A stretch of 60,210 bases of DNA, filler included, from Actinomycetales bacterium (GTDB lineage: Bacteria; Actinomycetota; Actinomycetes; Actinomycetales; CAVURS01), in the NCBI GenBank assembly GCA_045807245.1. It is 3 parts of 3 records of this genome, joined end to end, with 100 filler letters (N's around TTAATTAATTAA, not from the genome) between each part and the next. Parts side by side here need not be neighbours in the genome. Positions count along the whole stretch, not along the records: positions 39,921 to 60,210 come from JBJMHS010000088.1; 2 more parts are not named here. One strand, 5' to 3'. The notes under the pieces are model-generated. The model saw only the letters and a list, made by a program, of their open reading frames with translations. It was not told the origin of the DNA and searched no databases. Numbering within the stretch: position 1 is the first letter of the stretch; every line of letters begins with the position of its first letter. Below, piece by piece: positions 54,974 to 60,210 of this stretch. Position numbers and translations under genes: made by a program.

Positions 54974-56016
54974 CCGACCAGCCCCTCGTCCTCGGCATCG
55001 AGACGTCGTGCGACGAGACCGGCGTCGGGCTGGTCCGCGGCACGACGATGCTCGCCGACGCCGTCGCCAGCAGCGTCGACGAGCACGCTCGGTTCGGGGG
55101 CGTCGTGCCCGAGGTCGCCTCCCGCGCCCACGTCGAGGCCATGACTTCGACCATCGAACGAGCCTGTGCCACCGCGGGTGTCCGTCTGGCCGACGTGGAC
55201 GCGATCGCGGTGACAAGCGGTCCGGGGCTGTCCGGGGCTCTGCTCGTGGGAGTGGCGGCGGCCAAGGCGCTTTCAGTTGCGCTCGGGAAACCGTTGTATG
55301 GCGTTAATCATCTTGCTGCGCACGTCGCCGTGGACGTCCTCGAGCACGGGCCGCTGCCCGAACCCGCCGCGGCTCTGCTCGTCTCGGGAGGCCACTCCAG
55401 CCTGCTGCTCGTGGCGGACGTGACGTCCGATGTGAGACCGCTGGGCGCGACGATCGACGACGCGGCCGGCGAGGCGTTCGACAAGGTCGCGCGGCTGTTG
55501 GGGCTGCCCTTCCCCGGCGGGCCGTACATCGACCGGTCCGCCAGCGAGGGCGACGCCGCGTCGATCACGTTCCCGCGCGGCCTGACGTCCGGCCGCGACA
55601 TGGACCGGCACCGGTTCGACTTCTCGTTCAGCGGGCTCAAGACGGCCGTGGCCCGCTGGGTGGAGCAGCGGGAGGCGGACGGCGAGCCCGTGCCGGTGGC
55701 CGATGTGGCGGCGAGCTTCCAGGAGGCCGTCGTGGACGTGCTCACCCGCAAGGCGGTGCTGGCCTGCCAGGAGAACGGCGTGACCGACCTGCTCATCGGC
55801 GGCGGGGTGGCCGCGAACTCCCGCCTGCGGTCGATGGCTCAGGAGCGTTGCGCAGCCGCTGGGATCCGGCTGCGGGTCCCCCGGCCGGGGCTGTGCACCG
55901 ACAACGGCGCCATGGTGGCCGCCTTGGGGGCCGAGCTGGTCGTGCGTGGCCGCCCGCCGTCGTCCCTCGACCTCGCGGCCGACTCCTCGCTGCCGGTCAC
56001 GACCATCCTGGTCTGA
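54970..56016 (+). CDS. tsaD: tRNA threonylcarbamoyltransferase
   Basis: [38 protein letters not shown] and CTDNGAM. Confidence 0.96.
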   Translation: MTDQPLVLGIETSCDETGVGLVRGTTMLADAVASSVDEHARFGGVVPEVASRAHVEAMTSTIERACATAGVRLADVDAIAVTSGPGLSGALLVGVAAAKALSVALGKPLYGVNHLAAHVAVDVLEHGPLPEPAAALLVSGGHSSLLLVADVTSDVRPLGATIDDAAGEAFDKVARLLGLPFPGGPYIDRSASEGDAASITFPRGLTSGRDMDRHRFDFSFSGLKTAVARWVEQREADGEPVPVADVAASFQEAVVDVLTRKAVLACQENGVTDLLIGGGVAANSRLRSMAQERCAAAGIRLRVPRPGLCTDNGAMVAALGAELVVRGRPPSSLDLAADSSLPVTTILV

Positions 56017-56077
56017 CCGGGCGGCCCGGTCCGGTTCGCGCCTGACACGCGCCCCGGACGGTGGCACACTGGCACAT

Positions 56078-56461
56078 ATGAAGAGTCGTGCAGATGTCGG
56101 GCCGGCCACCGCGCCGGCGCGAGCGGAGGCTCAGCTCGCCCAGCTCGTCCAGGCGGCGGACGTCTTCGACCTCCTGTCCGACCCCCGCCGGCTGGCCCTG
56201 CTGGCCGAGCTGCTGGACGGCGAACGCAACGTGGGCGAGCTGGCCGCCGCGACCGGCGCCAGCGAGTCGGCGACGTCGCACGCCCTGCGCCTGCTCCGCG
56301 CGCACCGCGTCGTCGCGGTACGGCGTGAGGGCCGGCAGGCGTACTACTCCCTGACCGACGACCACGTCCGCCAGCTGCTCGCCGTCGCGCTGGCCCATGT
56401 CGACCACGCCAGCCCGCTGCACGATGCCGCGGCCGGCCACGGGCCCGCAGCACACCACTGA
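56078..56461 (+). CDS. ArsR/SmtB family metal-responsive regulator
   Basis: LSDPRRL, SESATSHALRLL and YSLTDDHV...HVDH. Confidence 0.88.
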   Translation: MKSRADVGPATAPARAEAQLAQLVQAADVFDLLSDPRRLALLAELLDGERNVGELAAATGASESATSHALRLLRAHRVVAVRREGRQAYYSLTDDHVRQLLAVALAHVDHASPLHDAAAGHGPAAHH

Positions 56462-56471
56462 CCAGCCGACC

Positions 56472-57485
56472 ATGAGCGACCACGCGATGCGGACGACCGT
56501 CCGGCGGACACCGCGCCAGCAGAGCCGCCGGCTGGCCCTGGCGACCGTGCTGAACGCCGCGATCGTCGTGGGTCAGGTCGTCGCGGGCTTCGCTGCCGGG
56601 TCGGTCGGCCTGCTCGCCGACGCCGGGCACAACCTGGCTGACACGCTCGCCGTCGTGCTCGCTCTCGTCGCAGTCCGGCTGGCCGCTCGCCGCCCCAGCA
56701 GCCGCCGCACCTTCGGCAGCCTGCGCTGGCCGGTTCTGGCCGCGCAGGCCAACGCGGCGTCACTGCTGCTGGTCAGTGTCTGGCTCGCCCTCGAAGCGGC
56801 GCGGCGGCTGGCCCACCCGACGGTGGTGCACGGCGTCGTCGTGCTGGTCGTCGCCCTTGTCGCCGCCGCACTGAACGCGGTCGCCGCCGCGATCGTCCAC
56901 GAGCGCGATGCCGACCTGAACACCCGGGCCGCCTTCCTGCACCTGGTCTCCGATGCCGCCGTGTCCCTCGCGGTCGCGGCGGCGGGCGGGGTGATCTGGG
57001 CGGTCGGGGGCTGGTACCGGCTCGACCCGGTCGTCTCGCTCCTCGTCGTACTCCTCGTCGGGGTCCAGGGGGTGCGGCTCTTGCACGGCTCGTCCCGCGT
57101 CCTGCTCGAGTCGACGCCCCGCGGCATCGACCCGGTGGCGCTGCGCGACCGGTTGCAGGCTCTGCCGACCGTCGTGGGCGTGCACGACGTTCACGTGTGG
57201 AGCCTGAGCGACCGCATGCACGCCGCGTCGGTGCACGTGAGCGTCCAGGGTGACCCGACGCTGACCGATGCGCGAGCGTGCACGGACGCCGTCAAGGCGC
57301 TGATGCTGCGCGAGTACGGCATCGACCACACGACCGTCGAGCTCGAGACCGTGGCCGGCACGGCGTCGTGCGTGAGCCGCGACAACGACGAGTACGACGA
57401 GTACGACCCGTGCGTCGTGGTGGAGGAGCACCTGGGCCAGGGCCGGGCCGGTCGCCGGCGGCCACGGGCACAATCGCCGTCGTGA
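56472..57485 (+). CDS. Cation diffusion facilitator (Zn/Co/Cd efflux)
   Basis: LLADAGHNLAD, AFLHLVSD, VHDVHVWSL and HTTVELE. Confidence 0.9.
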   Translation: MSDHAMRTTVRRTPRQQSRRLALATVLNAAIVVGQVVAGFAAGSVGLLADAGHNLADTLAVVLALVAVRLAARRPSSRRTFGSLRWPVLAAQANAASLLLVSVWLALEAARRLAHPTVVHGVVVLVVALVAAALNAVAAAIVHERDADLNTRAAFLHLVSDAAVSLAVAAAGGVIWAVGGWYRLDPVVSLLVVLLVGVQGVRLLHGSSRVLLESTPRGIDPVALRDRLQALPTVVGVHDVHVWSLSDRMHAASVHVSVQGDPTLTDARACTDAVKALMLREYGIDHTTVELETVAGTASCVSRDNDEYDEYDPCVVVEEHLGQGRAGRRRPRAQSPS

Positions 57486-58495
57486 CTGACGACACCTGGC
57501 CCGGCCCGGCCTCGGGGGCGCCAGAGCCGATCCCGGTCGTGCTCGACGTCGACACCGGCGTGGACGACGCCTGCGCACTGCTGCTGGCCGCGCGACACCC
57601 TCGGCTCGACCTGCGTGCGGTGACGTGCGTCGCCGGCAACACGGCGCTGGACCAGGTGGTCCGCAACACCCTGACCGTCCTGGCCGCAGCCGGCGCCGGG
57701 GACGTCCCGGTCGCGCGCGGTGCCGACCGGCCCCTGCTCGAGGAGCACCGAAGCGCCCACCATTTCCACGGCACGGACGGCATGGGGGATCTTGGCTGGG
57801 CGGCCCCGGCCGGAGCAGCCGTCGTACCGGAGCGGGCGGTCGAGCTGCTGCGTGACGTCCTCACCACCGCCGCAGCGTCCGGCCGACGGATCACCCTGGT
57901 GACCCTCGCGCCGCTGACCAACGTGGCCCTGCTGCTGCGCACCTATCCCGAGACGGCGGCCGGGATCGAGCGGCTGGTCTTCATGGGCGGCTCGGCGGGC
58001 GGGGGCAACGCCACAGCGGCCGCCGAGTTCAACGTCTGGCACGACCCCGAGGCGGCCGCCATCGTCCTCGCCGCGTGTCACGAGCTCGGCGTCCCGACCA
58101 CGATGTACGGGCTCGACGTCTTCTATGAGCCGCGGATCACGATGGCGGAGGCGGCCAGGCTCGGTACGGCGCCGGCCGGGTCGGCGGCCCGGCTGGCCGG
58201 TGAGCTGATCGCCTTCCAGGGCCGGCGGGTCGGCTCCGACCGGGCCACGATCGGCGATGCCGGTGCCGTGTGTGCGGTCATCGACCCCGCGGGCCTGATG
58301 ACCCGGCCGATGCCGGTGCGGGTCGAGCTGTCGGGGAGCTGGAACCGCGGGCGGACCGTGGTGGATACCCGGGCCGACGCCATCGACCGGGACAACGACC
58401 CGCACGGGGCGGGCCTCGCGCTGGTCGACGTCGCCACGGCCGTCGACAGCGATCGGTATCGGCGGCTGTGGCTGGACACCGTAGCGGCGCCGTGA
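57482..58495 (+). CDS. Nucleoside hydrolase (IUNH family)
   Basis: DVDTGVDDA, AGN, HGTDG, PLTNVA and AEFNVWHDPEAA. Confidence 0.9.
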   Translation: MTDDTWPGPASGAPEPIPVVLDVDTGVDDACALLLAARHPRLDLRAVTCVAGNTALDQVVRNTLTVLAAAGAGDVPVARGADRPLLEEHRSAHHFHGTDGMGDLGWAAPAGAAVVPERAVELLRDVLTTAAASGRRITLVTLAPLTNVALLLRTYPETAAGIERLVFMGGSAGGGNATAAAEFNVWHDPEAAAIVLAACHELGVPTTMYGLDVFYEPRITMAEAARLGTAPAGSAARLAGELIAFQGRRVGSDRATIGDAGAVCAVIDPAGLMTRPMPVRVELSGSWNRGRTVVDTRADAIDRDNDPHGAGLALVDVATAVDSDRYRRLWLDTVAAP

Positions 58496-59313
58496 CGGGC
58501 CGGGTGCTGGTGGTCGGCTCGGCCAACATCGACGTCGTCCTGCGGGTGGGCCACCTGCCCGGCCCGGGCGAGACGGTCCTGGCCGACTCGGCGGTGAGCG
58601 GGTACGGCGGCAAGGGGGCCAACCAGGCGGTGGCCGCCGCGCGCGCAGGGGCCCCGGTGTCGATGGTCGGCCGCGTCGGCGGCGACGATGCCGGCCCGGC
58701 GTACCGCGAGCGGCTCGCGGCCTTCGGTGTCGACGTGACCCGGCTGGTGCCGACCCCCGCCAGCCGGACCGGTACGGCGTACGTGCTGGTCGGCGCCGAC
58801 GGCGAGAACAGCATCGTGGTGGACCCAGGCGCCAACGCCCTGGTCTCCGGTCCGGACCTGGCGCCGGTCGAGTCGCTCAGTGTCGGCGACGTGCTGCTCG
58901 TCCAGTGCGAGCTGGCGGCCGATGTGGTTGCGCGGGCCGTGCGGCTCGGCCACGAGCGGGGAGCGCTGGTCGTGGTCAACCTCGCGCCGTTCGTCGACCT
59001 GCCCGGCGACGTGCTCGCGGCGGCCCACGCCGTCGTCGTCAACGAGGCGGAGGCATCGCGGCTGGGCTTCCGCGCGGCGGTGTCGCTGGTCGTGACGCAT
59101 GGTGCGGATGGCGCGTCCTGGGACGGGACCGTGCAGCCCGCCGTCCCCGTGCCCGCGGCGGACGTCGTCGACACGACGGGGGCTGGTGACGCGTTCTGCG
59201 GTGCGCTCGCGGCGGCGCTCGCCGCAGGGCGGGACCGGGCCGGCGCGTTGGCGGCTGCCGTCGCGGCGGGAGCGGACGCCGTACAACGGATGGGTGCGCA
59301 GCCGGAGCCGTGA
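58492..59313 (+). CDS. rbsK: Ribokinase (PfkB family)
   Basis: VGSANID, GGKGANQAVAAAR, NEAEA and DTTGAGDAF. Confidence 0.85.
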   Translation: MTGRVLVVGSANIDVVLRVGHLPGPGETVLADSAVSGYGGKGANQAVAAARAGAPVSMVGRVGGDDAGPAYRERLAAFGVDVTRLVPTPASRTGTAYVLVGADGENSIVVDPGANALVSGPDLAPVESLSVGDVLLVQCELAADVVARAVRLGHERGALVVVNLAPFVDLPGDVLAAAHAVVVNEAEASRLGFRAAVSLVVTHGADGASWDGTVQPAVPVPAADVVDTTGAGDAFCGALAAALAAGRDRAGALAAAVAAGADAVQRMGAQPEP

Positions 59314-59555
59314 CCGTGACGCCTCACCGAGGCGGGCTAGTCAGGGGTGACCCGTCGTGACCAGGCCGAGAAATGATCATCGCCCAAGCGGGCGGCGCGC
59401 CCTGGATCGTCCCGGGTATCAGGTGCAGAAAGCGCAGACTCTTGCCGATGCAACGTTTCGAACACGATCGGTTTTCGGGCGAACCATTGCCCGGCCGGTG
59501 ACGTAGCAAGGACAGAAGCAAGCAACGGCGCAGGTCACGAAGGGAGGTGCAGGAC

Positions 59556-59804
59556 ATGGAGGAGCTGCCCGGTTGCCCGGCCTGCGGTGCACCCGCGACC
59601 GTTCGCGACGCCGAGGCGTCGGAGGCCCACGAGGGCCACGAAGGAACCGTCGTCGTGACCTGCATCGCCCACCACACGCTGGTCGGCCCGCGCGACCTGC
59701 TGGCGCCGAAGCTGCGCTGGGACGTTCCCGCGCAGCGCGTCCCGATGCGCGAGGAGCTCATGTTCGCCCCCGCGGGCGCACGGGTCTCCGTCCACCGGGG
59801 CTGA
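59556..59804 (+). CDS. Small hypothetical protein with CxxC...CxxxH (zinc-ribbon-like)
   Basis: Strong RBS GGGAGG; CPACG...VTCIAHH. Confidence 0.6.
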   Translation: MEELPGCPACGAPATVRDAEASEAHEGHEGTVVVTCIAHHTLVGPRDLLAPKLRWDVPAQRVPMREELMFAPAGARVSVHRG

Positions 59805-59814
59805 CCCCCGCGCC

Positions 59815-59914
59815 GTACCCCTCCAAAGCCGCTTCACCCCCGAAAGCCGCTCCAGCGGCGCCAATTCGCCCTGTCCAGCGGCTTTCCAGGGGCAAACCGG
59901 CTTTCGGGGGGTAC
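59815..59914. repeat. 100-bp REP/MITE-like palindromic element
   Basis: Ends GTACCCC...GGGGTAC; internal AAAGCCG x2 and CGGCTTT x2. Confidence 0.65.
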
Positions 59915-59915
59915 C

Positions 59916-60210
59916 TCAGGCGGGGTGGAGGACCAGGACGGCTTGCTGCGTGCCGACCCGGGTGACCGCGATCGTCGCCTCGGCCTCGCCGGTGGGGCGC
60001 AGCTGGCGGCGCAGCTGCTCGGGCTCGACGGCCACGCCGCGCTTCTTGACTGTCAGCCGGCCGACACCACGGTCGCGCAGGTACGCGCGCAGCGACTTGA
60101 GCTGGAACGGCAGGACGTCCTCGACGGCATAGCTGCGCGCGAACGGTGACGTGACCGGGTGCCCACCCACGAGGTACGTCGGGCCGCGCGACAGGGCCGC
60201 GGCCGACAGC
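59916..60210 (-). CDS. C-terminal (THUMP-like) part of a class I SAM-dependent methyltransferase; 5' end beyond the window
   Basis: PFARSYAVEDVLPF...GVGRLTVKKRGVAVEPEQLRRQL; usual position downstream of tsaD in actinobacteria. Confidence 0.7.
   Translation of the reverse strand, partial: LSAAALSRGPTYLVGGHPVTSPFARSYAVEDVLPFQLKSLRAYLRDRGVGRLTVKKRGVAVEPEQLRRQLRPTGEAEATIAVTRVGTQQAVLVLHPA

Overview
High-GC actinobacterial chromosomal DNA; the gene content and order are typical of the phylum, and the genus cannot be determined from this window. It consists of three scaffold segments joined by N-gap linkers containing TTAATTAATTAA (about 15434-15533 and 39821-39920), so adjacency across these gaps is unproven. 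Segment 1: a P-loop kinase, an FAD/NAD(P)-binding protein fused to a TTC38-like TPR domain, a membrane GGDEF-EAL protein, DUF3145, a TetR-MFS pair and the FAS-II cluster fabD-fabH-acpP-fabF-accD. Segment 2: ftsY, amt-glnK-glnD, ffh, a sulfate ABC operon with an Rrf2 regulator, a SatD-like/membrane-protein pair and rpsP-khpA-rimM-trmD-rplS-lepB-lepB. Segment 3: an ABC-F protein, rplM-rpsI-glmM, coaA, glmS-acpS-nnr-alr-tsaEB-rimI-tsaD, ArsR-CDF, and nucleoside hydrolase-ribokinase. I found no rRNA, tRNA, CRISPR array, transposase or prophage. The window is mostly housekeeping. The best candidate for an undescribed system is a nucleotide-cyclase-fold (SatD-like)-HTH protein coupled to a membrane protein, preceded by three TCAA-N10-TTGA boxes spaced exactly 28 bp apart. 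Other leads are a FabD carrying a lysine-less biotinyl-like domain, a sigma28/WhiG-like promoter before the c-di-GMP enzyme, structured ribosomal-protein leaders and a probable CTG start for glnD. All family assignments come from recognising motifs by eye; no database searches were run.
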